DNA from: a virus
Direction: 5' to 3' (one strand)
IMG/VR virus record: IMGVR_UViG_3300050821_017570
Coordinates: 64,001-128,000 of that record
DNA: 64,000 bases
Part shown: positions 1 to 8,138 of the stretch, piece after piece
How positions within the stretch are numbered: the first letter of the stretch is position 1
Layout of the letters: each line of letters opens with the position of its first letter
Made by a program: the position numbers and the translations under genes
The notes under the pieces: model-generated
The model's input: only the letters and a program-made list of their open reading frames with translations
Databases searched by the model: none
Told to the model about the DNA's origin: nothing

Positions 1-171
1 TTGGTATCGGAAAACCATTGGCAACCAACGCCGTCCAGGTTGCTTCCACGAGTAGGGTTGCATCAGAGTATCAAACGCATCGTCATGCGGCGTAATCTTT
101 ATGATCTGAAACGTAACATGCTGGCCGCGCACCAACCAGATCTGCCCATCCCTAAGCGGCGTGAGGGTCAT
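1..171 (-). CDS. GQIW-family small protein #1 (partial, runs off window start)
   Basis: Not in ORF track; manual translation from ATG at 171 gives MTLTPLRDGQIWLVRGQ; the ATG lies inside the Y-D-P codons of the upstream gene. Confidence 0.8.
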   Translation of the reverse strand, partial: MTLTPLRDGQIWLVRGQHVTFQIIKITPHDDAFDTLMQPYSWKQPGRRWLPMVFRYQ

Positions 172-415
172 ACAGACAGACAGACAGACAGACGATCATT
201 GTGAGATTAGCAACCCCTGGGATGACCAACGTACCGTCCTGCTCATGAACAGAGCCCCAGGTCAGCTGCCTGCCACGCTGCACGCGGCTCAGTAGGTCGG
301 TCGTGGTCACGTAGTAATGGGTACTACGGTCTTCCTGTACCTGTATGGCGTCGATTCGTAACCACGTAAATTGTTCGAGCGTCTGCCAGATTTGTCCGAT
401 TCGGATTGGCGTCAC
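152..415 (-). CDS. GQIW-family small protein #2
   Basis: GTG start after GGAG; TPIRIGQIWQ...VCLYDPHAA. Confidence 0.8.
   Translation of the reverse strand: MTPIRIGQIWQTLEQFTWLRIDAIQVQEDRSTHYYVTTTDLLSRVQRGRQLTWGSVHEQDGTLVIPGVANLTMIVCLSVCLYDPHAA
172..193. repeat. (ACAG)5.5 tetranucleotide microsatellite
   Basis: ACAG x5 plus AC at 172-193, inside the C-terminal codons of member #2. Confidence 0.9.
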
Positions 416-651
416 GTGGGCTCCCACAGCAGGTTGGTGAGTACGAAGTTGTCACAATGGTAGTACTCACCCTTCGGCACAAACGTACGTTCAAACGTGG
501 CTTCATCTAACCGAGCGTTGTAGTCGTCACTGTATGTGAAGCTGAGCCAGATGTTGTGCCGGACGTGCTGGCCAATCAGGACACGGGAATCGTGACCCGA
601 CAGGCCAAGCCGGTGGATCAGCCAGCGCTGACCCGTCTGCAGTCGTATCAT
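412..651 (-). CDS. GQIW-family small protein #3
   Basis: MIRLQTGQRW...NLLWEPT. Confidence 0.8.
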   Translation of the reverse strand: MIRLQTGQRWLIHRLGLSGHDSRVLIGQHVRHNIWLSFTYSDDYNARLDEATFERTFVPKGEYYHCDNFVLTNLLWEPT

Positions 652-920
652 GGTGGGCTCCATAGTAGGTAGGTTGGGTCGCCAGGGACGGGGTTGAAAT
701 CATCATGGTGGTACCAACCATAGTGGGCTGGATCACTGTGAAAGCGAATCAGCAGCAACGTTGTGCCTGGCGTACCGTCCTCACGGGGCAACCACGATGA
801 CTCGGCTTCACACCACCAGTGGGTTCCATCATACGATTGGAACCCAACCGTTCGTATGAGTCGGCGGCCACACTGATTCCGGCTCAGCCAGATCTGACCT
901 ACTCGTAATGGTTCGGTCAT
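648..920 (-). CDS. GQIW-family small protein #4
   Basis: MTEPLRVGQIW...YLLWSPP. Confidence 0.8.
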   Translation of the reverse strand: MTEPLRVGQIWLSRNQCGRRLIRTVGFQSYDGTHWWCEAESSWLPREDGTPGTTLLLIRFHSDPAHYGWYHHDDFNPVPGDPTYLLWSPP

Positions 921-1204
921 GTGGGCTCCCACAACAACTGCATGAGGTCCCACGGCTGGACATCGGATTCAGCCCAACGGTGACAGCTAGGGTCGAGGTC
1001 ACTCACGTACCACCAGTTCTGTTGTCCACAGAACCCACGATCCGTCCCACCAGGCGAGCAACGCATCGCCTGGACCGCATACTGGGCACGCTTCCTACCA
1101 TCCATACCTGACGGACGGATGACTCTGAAGACCTGAACCCGTAGGTTGGGGTTTCGACACAGCCAGACCTGGCCCTCACGGATCGACACCAGCTCACCTG
1201 TCAT
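917..1204 (-). CDS. GQIW-family small protein #5
   Basis: MTGELVSIREGQVWLCRN...DLMQLLWEPT. Confidence 0.8.
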   Translation of the reverse strand: MTGELVSIREGQVWLCRNPNLRVQVFRVIRPSGMDGRKRAQYAVQAMRCSPGGTDRGFCGQQNWWYVSDLDPSCHRWAESDVQPWDLMQLLWEPT

Positions 1205-1520
1205 CGCCAGACCCACGGAGCGTGCCGCGTGCGATGCGGCCCTCGATTTTCTGTTGTGAAAGTTCCAAGATGGTAGACATGCTGACTCCATAGTGGGTCG
1301 CTAGACTAGAGATGATGATCATCAGGTCGCCCAGCTCCAACAGCAAGTGGGGCAGGTCGATTGGTGTCCCATCCCTCAGGTGCTTCTTAATCAGTTCGAT
1401 CGCCTCTCCGGCCTCGCCTCCGAGGTTCAGACCCAGGAGCGCCAGATGGGGAAGCCCTTCGGCCTGTGGGTGTGGCTTCGCCGCCATCCAGGCTTGGTAC
1501 GTATCGATGTTAGGGTCCAT
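1194..1520 (-). CDS. mazG: MazG-like nucleotide pyrophosphohydrolase
   Basis: GEAGEAIELIKK and ELGDL acidic metal-binding motifs; C-terminal RGTLRGSGDDR typical of phage MazG. Confidence 0.85.
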   Translation of the reverse strand: MDPNIDTYQAWMAAKPHPQAEGLPHLALLGLNLGGEAGEAIELIKKHLRDGTPIDLPHLLLELGDLMIIISSLATHYGVSMSTILELSQQKIEGRIARGTLRGSGDDR

Positions 1521-1821
1521 GGATGTCCGGATCGTAAATGAGATGAACCAACTGCAGGGGTCGGGTATGCCGTCGGTAGTCAACCAGCCACTGTGGGGTA
1601 AAGAACTGATGGTTGCCGGATAGCCGGAATCCCAGCCCGCTCACCACACAATGCCGGTCACCCAGCGCGCCGCCTTCATAGACCGGCTCGTAATCGTGAC
1701 ACCATCCGTCACACAGGTAGGTTTGATGGTCCGGTACGTAGGTGACCCGCACCAGCTGATAAACAACCTGCTGGTTTCGACACTGCCAGACCTGACGGTC
1801 TTTGAGTTGCTTCGGTATCAT
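1510..1821 (-). CDS. GQIW-family small protein #6
   Basis: MIPKQLKDRQVWQCRNQ...HLIYDPD. Confidence 0.75.
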   Translation of the reverse strand: MIPKQLKDRQVWQCRNQQVVYQLVRVTYVPDHQTYLCDGWCHDYEPVYEGGALGDRHCVVSGLGFRLSGNHQFFTPQWLVDYRRHTRPLQLVHLIYDPDIHGP

Positions 1822-2090
1822 GGTGGCCCCCACAGCAGGATCATCAGGTCGTCCGGTGCAAAACGTTCGGTCTGGTGATAATGCCAGGTCTGATCAGTTG
1901 GATCGAACCGAAAGGCGTGGTGGTGTATGCTACCCCACCCACCCTGCTTACCATTCCAGAAGTTAGCCTGCTGATAACTCACCTCTGCTGTCATGTCCTC
2001 TACGGCGATCACGGGGTCGGTGACGATGAAACAGCGATAGTGCTGGTACCGTAGCTGCCAGATCTGACCCACCCGGAGCGGGACTAGCAT
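1818..2090 (-). CDS. GQIW-family small protein #7
   Basis: MLVPLRVGQIW...DLMILLWGPP. Confidence 0.8.
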   Translation of the reverse strand: MLVPLRVGQIWQLRYQHYRCFIVTDPVIAVEDMTAEVSYQQANFWNGKQGGWGSIHHHAFRFDPTDQTWHYHQTERFAPDDLMILLWGPP

Positions 2091-2347
2091 GGCGGTTCCC
2101 ACAGCAGGATCACCAGGTCTAATGACCGATCCATAGGGCTATAACGGTTCCCTGCTGCCTGCAGCTCACCTTGATAGTAGTCGCCCCGGTCGCTCCATCG
2201 GATCCAACTGGTTCCATAGGTTTGGACCGGATTATGGTCGACCTGCTCGACAAAATAGCCTCCTGACGGCTCAGCAATCTGCTGAAAGTGGTAGCGATAT
2301 CGCTGATTCCGACACATCCAGATTTGTCCTGCTCTCAAAGCTAGCAT
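2084..2347 (-). CDS. GQIW-family small protein #8
   Basis: MLALRAGQIWMCRNQ...DLVILLWEPPC. Confidence 0.8.
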   Translation of the reverse strand: MLALRAGQIWMCRNQRYRYHFQQIAEPSGGYFVEQVDHNPVQTYGTSWIRWSDRGDYYQGELQAAGNRYSPMDRSLDLVILLWEPPC

Positions 2348-2649
2348 GGTGGCTCCCACAGAAGGGTTATGAGGTCATGTTTCAGATCAGGCAGCCCTAT
2401 GAGGCCAAACCAACGGTAGTAGGTCTGGCAATCGGAGACACAGAACGTTACGCCGCTGGTTTCATGACTCAGCGTCCGCTCGTCTAGGATGACGCGAAAA
2501 TGACCGCCCCACACCTGTTCTGACATCTGGTGCTGACGTCGATGATCGGCACCATACTGAGCAGGCCCGTACTGGAGCCGTAGGATTTGATATCGTGCCG
2601 ATTGGTCTCGACACAACCAAATCTGATCTGGTTTCAATGGGGCTAGCAT
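2341..2649 (-). CDS. GQIW-family small protein #9
   Basis: MLAPLKPDQIWLCRDQ...DLITLLWEPPC. Confidence 0.8.
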   Translation of the reverse strand: MLAPLKPDQIWLCRDQSARYQILRLQYGPAQYGADHRRQHQMSEQVWGGHFRVILDERTLSHETSGVTFCVSDCQTYYRWFGLIGLPDLKHDLITLLWEPPC

Positions 2650-2897
2650 GGTGGATCCCAGAGACAGACGATAAGGATTCGGTCAGGATGGAGGGTTGAC
2701 AGCTGGTAGTACCCATCAGGATGTGGGACAAACTCTCGCCACGTCTCTATCTGCTCAGGACGGGGTGGTCGCTCCCGTAGTGGCGCGTACAGATAGCTGC
2801 ACCAGATGGTATGCCGTACATGCTTACCGATATGGATCCGTATGCCCTCGCGGTCACTCATCAGCCAGATCTGACCCTGTCTAAGCGGTGGGGTCAT
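2643..2897 (-). CDS. GQIW-family small protein #10
   Basis: MTPPLRQGQIW...IVCLWDPPC. Confidence 0.8.
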   Translation of the reverse strand: MTPPLRQGQIWLMSDREGIRIHIGKHVRHTIWCSYLYAPLRERPPRPEQIETWREFVPHPDGYYQLSTLHPDRILIVCLWDPPC

Positions 2898-3129
2898 ACA
2901 TCAGCCCCATGAGGTCAAACCCACGATAGGATTGGCCCTTCTGCTCCCAAATCCCTTCGTTCCACCGGACGTTCCAAATGAGATTGCCGGTATAGCCGCC
3001 ACTAAACTGGAGATAGGAAAACCTGATGTTGTAGCCGCTACCATCGGGTCGCACCTCCTCAAGCGTCAAACGATACTGCTGGTTACGGGTCAGCCAGACT
3101 TGGCCGACCTTCAGTTGGATTCGATCCAT
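2881..3129 (-). CDS. GQIW-family small protein #11
   Basis: MDRIQLKVGQVWLTRNQ...DLMGLMYDPTA. Confidence 0.8.
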   Translation of the reverse strand: MDRIQLKVGQVWLTRNQQYRLTLEEVRPDGSGYNIRFSYLQFSGGYTGNLIWNVRWNEGIWEQKGQSYRGFDLMGLMYDPTA

Positions 3130-3132
3130 AGG

Positions 3133-3420
3133 TTAGCCTTTGGGTTCCCACAAGAGAGTTATGAGATCACAGTTACGATAGTCATGAAGCTCGTTTTGAG
3201 CCGCCGTCAGCGCGGCATTATGGTAGCGATAACAGAGTGGCTGACGGATCCAGCAGACTTGGTTAAACGGGCCGAACCTCTCATCAGGCGTGGTCCACCA
3301 GCCGTACCCATCAACCAGGTATCGATCTGGCTGTGGGGCAGCCACCACCCTATGGAGTCGCACGCGCCACCAACCCGATCGGGCCATCCAGATCTGACCC
3401 GGTCTAACCTGGGGGATCAT
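3133..3420 (-). CDS. GQIW-family small protein #12
   Basis: MIPQVRPGQIW...DLITLLWEPKG. Confidence 0.8.
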   Translation of the reverse strand: MIPQVRPGQIWMARSGWWRVRLHRVVAAPQPDRYLVDGYGWWTTPDERFGPFNQVCWIRQPLCYRYHNAALTAAQNELHDYRNCDLITLLWEPKG

Positions 3421-3700
3421 ACCGTAGCCAGACGAGGTCGTCGATATCGGCCCGAAACGCACCATCGGCATTGCAGTAGCAGATCGACTCGCCTCGTGGG
3501 CACCAATAGACACGATCAACCGTACGGTCAACCGTCTGGGTGGCAAAATCCTCACTCAGCCGGATGATTTCGCGCTGCACCCGAACCATCTCTCCGTCTG
3601 ACGTATCGGATTCTACCCACACGCCCAGTACCCGCAGGGTAGCGAGACTCCTCGGGTTCCGAAACTGCCAGATCTGCCCGACCCTAAGTGGATGGCTCAT
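3404..3700 (-). CDS. GQIW-family small protein #13
   Basis: MSHPLRVGQIW...DLVWLRYDPPG. Confidence 0.8.
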   Translation of the reverse strand: MSHPLRVGQIWQFRNPRSLATLRVLGVWVESDTSDGEMVRVQREIIRLSEDFATQTVDRTVDRVYWCPRGESICYCNADGAFRADIDDLVWLRYDPPG

Positions 3701-3932
3701 ACAGGCACGTGACGAGGTCATAGTTTTCTGACATCCGATTGGTTCGGGCCCAACAGTCGGGCTGATCACAGTAGCTGAACTGTTCGCGCGGCCACTGATG
3801 ACCGTCATACATGTCATACGTCGTTACCGTCAGCGTAACGGTCCGATTCGAGTGAGTCGTAATCTCACGGATCAGGAACCGCCGGTTCTGGCCGCGGTTC
3901 ATCCAGATCTGGCCAATCTTAAGTGGGGTCAT
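3684..3932 (-). CDS. GQIW-family small protein #14
   Basis: MTPLKIGQIW...DLVTCLYEPST. Confidence 0.8.
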   Translation of the reverse strand: MTPLKIGQIWMNRGQNRRFLIREITTHSNRTVTLTVTTYDMYDGHQWPREQFSYCDQPDCWARTNRMSENYDLVTCLYEPST

Positions 3933-4191
3933 AGATCAGACTCGTGAGATCGTATTCATCGTTTTGTGACCCCACCCGATCGTAGTGGTAGACCGGCGAA
4001 CCTGATCGTTGGTACAGCGTTATATCAAGATCCATGTCCTCCATTCCCTCACCGAGATCGAGGTGGTCCCAGCGACCCTGAATCCGGTAACGAACACATC
4101 GGGTGAACCGCCGGACCGTGACGCGTTCGATGTGGTAGCGGGCCTGCTGATCCCTACTCAGCCAGACCTGACCCACCCTAAGCGGGCGCAT
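3919..4191 (-). CDS. GQIW-family small protein #15
   Basis: MRPLRVGQVWLSRDQ...DLTSLIYDPT. Confidence 0.8.
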   Translation of the reverse strand: MRPLRVGQVWLSRDQQARYHIERVTVRRFTRCVRYRIQGRWDHLDLGEGMEDMDLDITLYQRSGSPVYHYDRVGSQNDEYDLTSLIYDPT

Positions 4192-4429
4192 ATAGCATCT
4201 GCACGAGGTCTAACGGTGGTGCGTGCAGCCCACGTCCAAGCGCATTGATCCACAATTGCCAGCATCGGGTTGGTTCATCCCACCGGTGGCATCGTTCGGT
4301 TGCGTCGTCATGCAGTATGAGACCGTTATCGTCAACCCACTCGTAGTACCCCTGATCAGGGCCGGTGACGCAGAAGGTATAGCGTTGGCCCCGACACTGC
4401 CAGATTTGTCCAGCTCTTAAAGCTAGCAT
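4178..4429 (-). CDS. GQIW-family small protein #16
   Basis: MLALRAGQIWQCRGQ...DLVQMLYAPA. Confidence 0.8.
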   Translation of the reverse strand: MLALRAGQIWQCRGQRYTFCVTGPDQGYYEWVDDNGLILHDDATERCHRWDEPTRCWQLWINALGRGLHAPPLDLVQMLYAPA

Positions 4430-4722
4430 GGTGGCTCCCACAGCAGGCTGATGAGTCGATACGCCATTGTCAGTTCACATTTTAATGGTCCAATGGGAAA
4501 TCCGTCGCGCGCACCCGGAACGGTGGTCCACCAACCACCCTCATACCAGCAGAACGGCCGTCGAAATTCGGTCTTAATGTGTCGGCTGGTCTCTAGGCTG
4601 CTACCCACGTAACTGTACCAGATCGAGTCGGTGTCATGGGCGCCAATGAAAATCCGATTACGATGGTTCTGGTCCATCGCTCCACTGAGCTGCCACTGCT
4701 GACCCATCCGCAGGGCAATCAT
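4423..4722 (-). CDS. GQIW-family small protein #17
   Basis: MIALRMGQQW...LISLLWEPPC. Confidence 0.8.
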   Translation of the reverse strand: MIALRMGQQWQLSGAMDQNHRNRIFIGAHDTDSIWYSYVGSSLETSRHIKTEFRRPFCWYEGGWWTTVPGARDGFPIGPLKCELTMAYRLISLLWEPPC

Positions 4723-4952
4723 GGTGGATCCCACAGTAGCGTGATGAGCCGATGAGCCTGATCGATTCGCCAGAAGCCGTTTGACTCATAGATACGTCGC
4801 ATGGTCCAGTCCTCAAAAGGAATTCGGTTACGATCCATTCCATACCAGGTCCTCCATACCTGCTCTTTCACATGACAACCGACAAACAGCCGGTTTGGAT
4901 GAAGGTCCAGTACATCGACCAGCCAGATCTGACCTTCTCGTATGGCAATCAT
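4719..4952 (-). CDS. GQIW-family small protein #18
   Basis: MIAIREGQIW...LITLLWDPP. Confidence 0.8.
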   Translation of the reverse strand: MIAIREGQIWLVDVLDLHPNRLFVGCHVKEQVWRTWYGMDRNRIPFEDWTMRRIYESNGFWRIDQAHRLITLLWDPP

Positions 4953-5188
4953 GGTGGGTCCCACAGCAGGTTGATAAGTCGATGACTCAGGTCGAATGCC
5001 CACACGGGGCCAGCCCTACGGATCGTGCGGGTCGTCCAGATTCGGGTATTTGGGTCTGGGTCGATCCCATACCAGGTTCGCCAGTCCTCACCCGTCACGT
5101 GTGCGCCAATAAACAGCCTATTCGGATGGTTGGCCCGAATGGTGGAATCCACCTGCCAGATCTGGCCCGACCGGATAGGACTCAACAC
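4949..5188 (-). CDS. GQIW-family small protein #19
   Basis: GTG start; LSPIRSGQIW...LINLLWDPP. Confidence 0.78.
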   Translation of the reverse strand: MLSPIRSGQIWQVDSTIRANHPNRLFIGAHVTGEDWRTWYGIDPDPNTRIWTTRTIRRAGPVWAFDLSHRLINLLWDPP

Positions 5189-5445
5189 GATCGCTCCCAC
5201 AGTAGGATCATCAGATCGTTAGGGCCAGGCCCGGTGCTGTAGTGGTGGCAACCAAGCTGATCGTCTGGCCACCAATAGATGGTACTCCATCCGTTTGACC
5301 CACTGGATCGGTTCAGATGGGCGTGAAATTGGTGCCAAATACGTGTGCCATCGTCGTGATCACCAATGTAGCGGCCAATGGTGGCTCGATACGCCTGAGC
5401 CCGGCACAGCCAGATCTGACCCTCTCTAAGCGGCGGGAGGATCAT
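5182..5445 (-). CDS. GQIW-family small protein #20
   Basis: MILPPLREGQIWLCRAQ...DLMILLWERSC. Confidence 0.8.
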   Translation of the reverse strand: MILPPLREGQIWLCRAQAYRATIGRYIGDHDDGTRIWHQFHAHLNRSSGSNGWSTIYWWPDDQLGCHHYSTGPGPNDLMILLWERSC

Positions 5446-5704
5446 ACAGGCAAACCGTGAGATCGAACTCGTTGGGGTGACCGGAGCGGTTGCGGCACCA
5501 GGCCTGCCCGACTCCGCTGTATTCCCAATCCGTGCTACCGGCGTCACCGTTATCGTGGATCCGATGGACGGTAAAGCTGACCCTCAGTTGGGGCGGACTA
5601 CCACGCTGATCGGCGATGCTCTTGATGTGAAATCGGTACTGTTGGTAACGGGTCATCCAGATCTGACCGGGCCGAAGCTGTACTGGCGTATCAGTGGGTT
5701 CCAT
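5426..5704 (-). CDS. GQIW-family small protein #21
   Basis: VQLRPGQIWMTRYQ...DLTVCLYDPPAA. Confidence 0.8.
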   Translation of the reverse strand: MEPTDTPVQLRPGQIWMTRYQQYRFHIKSIADQRGSPPQLRVSFTVHRIHDNGDAGSTDWEYSGVGQAWCRNRSGHPNEFDLTVCLYDPPAA

Positions 5705-6257
5705 AGGTGGTTTCCAAACTAGAAAGGAAGGGGCGAAACATCTCAATACTTGCCAAACAGTCATCAAGGCTCCGGTGGGCCGGATTACCCTTCGGGCGCG
5801 GCACACCCGTCACCATCTCCTTGCCGATCTCAAAGCTACTAACGTCGAGTAGACGGTAGCTGAGTTCTGACAAGCAGTTAGGTGTGTGCCAGCGGAGCCA
5901 CCGAACGTCGAAATGTACGCTGCTGCCGGCCAGGTAGGTTTGCTGGCGATCCACACGATGCGAGCGAATCCACTCGATCAGATCGGTATCACTGAAGTAG
6001 TGGCAGTCACAGATACCCTGCTCGTACCGCTGGACGATCTCACCGATCAGACCCGATTGGGTATGCAGGCGGACGCACTGGTGGTCCATCCCCTCGACGC
6101 ATTCATCATACGGCATGCCGGCCAGCCAGTGGAAGCGGCCCAGCTCAGTGAGATGTCGATCCGTAACGATACATCCGACCTCACGGATCTGGCCATCTTC
6201 GGGCTCAAGTCCCGTGGTCTCCAGATCCAGCCATACCAAACGTAACGGGTCAGTCAT
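5691..6257 (-). CDS. orn: Oligoribonuclease (DEDDh 3'-5' exonuclease)
   Basis: LVWLDLETTGL (ExoI), LAGSSVHFD (ExoII), YRLLDVSS, HRSLDD (ExoIII), matching Orn. Confidence 0.88.
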   Translation of the reverse strand: MTDPLRLVWLDLETTGLEPEDGQIREVGCIVTDRHLTELGRFHWLAGMPYDECVEGMDHQCVRLHTQSGLIGEIVQRYEQGICDCHYFSDTDLIEWIRSHRVDRQQTYLAGSSVHFDVRWLRWHTPNCLSELSYRLLDVSSFEIGKEMVTGVPRPKGNPAHRSLDDCLASIEMFRPFLSSLETTYGTH

Positions 6258-6266
6258 AAGTTCTTT

Positions 6267-6548
6267 CTAGTCAGGCTGATAGATCAGCCAGACGAGGTCA
6301 TGCGGGTCAGGTCTCAGATCGCGCCACCAGCTATGGATGGCAGGTATGCCAACATACCAACAGTAATGGTCCGAACGGTGTGCGGGGTCAAACCCAGTGT
6401 GGGTGAACCATACAGTCGAGCCATCGGATTCGAACGGAGGCCGCGGTAGGGCTACGACCTGTGTGATCCGAATCCTCCAGGCCTGTTCCCGACACAGCCA
6501 GACTTGGTTTGCCTTGAGTGGTTCTAACATCTTAACCTGCAGGCTCAT
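6267..6548 (-). CDS. GQIW-family small protein #22
   Basis: MLEPLKANQVWLCREQ...DLVWLIYQPD. Confidence 0.78.
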   Translation of the reverse strand: MSLQVKMLEPLKANQVWLCREQAWRIRITQVVALPRPPFESDGSTVWFTHTGFDPAHRSDHYCWYVGIPAIHSWWRDLRPDPHDLVWLIYQPD

Positions 6549-6801
6549 ATAGCAGAATCATGAGATCCAAATCGGTCGGGTCGTCGTCTCGTTGGCTCAT
6601 ATGACAGGCACGAGTTGGGTTAAACCAATAGGTACAGCGATCGTTTCGGCTGAACCTCCCATCCTGTTCAACCCGATAGCGTATGGGCTGTCGATGCTGG
6701 CCTTCATCACTCACATGTGGGTCACCCAGCTCGGTAATGATAATGCGTTCGGTCTGATCTCTTCGGAGCCAAATTTGTCCGACCCTCAGTTGTTCCAGCA
6801 T
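6532..6801 (-). CDS. GQIW-family small protein #23
   Basis: AAGGA RBS; MLEQLRVGQIW...DLMILLYEPAG. Confidence 0.8.
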   Translation of the reverse strand: MLEQLRVGQIWLRRDQTERIIITELGDPHVSDEGQHRQPIRYRVEQDGRFSRNDRCTYWFNPTRACHMSQRDDDPTDLDLMILLYEPAG

Positions 6802-6865
6802 AGTGTCCTTAAACAGATAAACCCAGGCAGAGCCTGGGTTTATGACAACCAACCATCATATGGGT

Positions 6866-7216
6866 TCAATCAGTCCGATTATGCAGACGTCCCGCTAGAT
6901 CCCAATCCGGTCCCCACACCGGATCCTCGGTCAGCCAGCGGACCAGCGGTTCCGCCCCTTCGCCCCGCCAGGTCAGATCGACCTGCTGGCCCTGACTGGT
7001 CACAATCAGCCGAACCTCCCAATCGTCACGGCAGGTCTGGTCCTCGGACACCATGGGGGTGATGTCAAAACCGTCTGGGCAACGTCTCGACAGATGCGAT
7101 ATAAGTTCTCCACCTGCAGAGACTTGTGTCGCCGCGCTAAACAGGTGGACCCTATATCGGAGGTAGCGGGCCACGCCGTCGACCGGATGTCGAATCCGTA
7201 GACTCGTGTGGCGCAT
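6866..7216 (-). CDS. Hypothetical protein
   Basis: 116-aa ORF in the coupled minus-strand gene chain. Confidence 0.55.
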   Translation of the reverse strand: MRHTSLRIRHPVDGVARYLRYRVHLFSAATQVSAGGELISHLSRRCPDGFDITPMVSEDQTCRDDWEVRLIVTSQGQQVDLTWRGEGAEPLVRWLTEDPVWGPDWDLAGRLHNRTD

Positions 7217-7605
7217 CAGTCACCCGTCGCGGCTTCGGCAGCCAGGCTGGCCAGCTTGGCGGTCTCGAACTCCGTCTGAGGCCAAATCATCGCGCTGTAC
7301 TGGGGCTCAAACGTCAGGCCGGCAACGATCGGCTTGACCGTGGCGGTCACACTGGTCCCAACCGGTCTACCAACCACCGCCGACACCACACTACGGAGGT
7401 CGTACCAAAGTACCGTCTGGGCCGACAGGTCACCCGTGGTGGGATCGATCTGACTTGGGTAGTAGATATGGACGTTGCTAATCACGTGAAACCGCCTTAT
7501 GCGCGAAATGCCGTCTTGGGCACTATTTTGGGATTTTGAGACTGCGGGGGAGCTGCCCCCGCTGGCTTTCTTTTTGCTATCGTAGGGACTAACCGGTTGG
7601 GTCAA
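7216..7605 (-). CDS. Hypothetical protein
   Basis: 129-aa ORF abutting its neighbours. Confidence 0.55.
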   Translation of the reverse strand: MTQPVSPYDSKKKASGGSSPAVSKSQNSAQDGISRIRRFHVISNVHIYYPSQIDPTTGDLSAQTVLWYDLRSVVSAVVGRPVGTSVTATVKPIVAGLTFEPQYSAMIWPQTEFETAKLASLAAEAATGD

Positions 7606-7769
7606 TAACCAAGATAGGGTTGGTCATCGGGTTCGTCCTCATCGGGGAGCCCCAACCCATCCTTACCCATCAGTGGGCCCTCGTCCGCCCAATCTAACTC
7701 AGAGGCAAACATCTCGTCGGGTGACGTGATAGGTGACTCATCATCATACTCGTACAGTAATGGGTCCAT
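7602..7769 (-). CDS. Small acidic protein (55 aa)
   Basis: Manual translation MDPLLYEYDDESPITSPDEMF...; GGAG RBS; fills the gap. Confidence 0.55.
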   Translation of the reverse strand: MDPLLYEYDDESPITSPDEMFASELDWADEGPLMGKDGLGLPDEDEPDDQPYLGY

Positions 7770-7925
7770 AACGACTCCATAGGCTGGTTGCGGTTACACC
7801 GGTCGGTACTCCAGCTGCCAGGTTAGGGAATCCCTACGGTCCGGGCAACTACAGGTTATGTCTCCAGAGGCAATAGATTCGGATGCTGACAAACCACGCA
7901 CACGTCAGGGCCATTCCGGCAACCG

Positions 7926-8138
7926 TCACAGCCGCTCCGTCCGATCGATCCTCGACTGCAGGACCCGACAGAATCGGCAGATCTGAGAGCGTGGGCGCCC
8001 CGGGTCGGGCAGAAACCAGAGCCTGCATTCCAAGCACTTCTTTTTCAGATCCGTCTGGTCATCCTGGTCCGCATATCGGCACCACGGCTCTTCCAGATCG
8101 GCCAACTCGTCAGACAGATGATCGGCTTCGTCTCCCAT
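7926..8138 (-). CDS. Small Zn-ribbon-like protein
   Basis: CLEC...CRFC pairs. Confidence 0.5.
   Translation of the reverse strand: MGDEADHLSDELADLEEPWCRYADQDDQTDLKKKCLECRLWFLPDPGRPRSQICRFCRVLQSRIDRTERL

Noticed and set aside
2341-2361. GCCACCATG as a Kozak sequence implying a eukaryotic virus
   Set aside because: It is preceded by a GGAG Shine-Dalgarno at normal spacing; overlapping operonic genes, Rho-independent terminators and the terminase indicate a bacteriophage.
1-6801. Array as a CRISPR locus
   Set aside because: The repeats are degenerate and protein-coding, the intervening segments are about 200-270 bp open reading frames, and no cas genes are present.
1-6801. Array as integron cassettes or DGR targets
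   Set aside because: No attC-like palindromes were seen between genes (they overlap). There is no integrase or reverse transcriptase in the window, and no template/variable repeat pair with adenine-specific differences.
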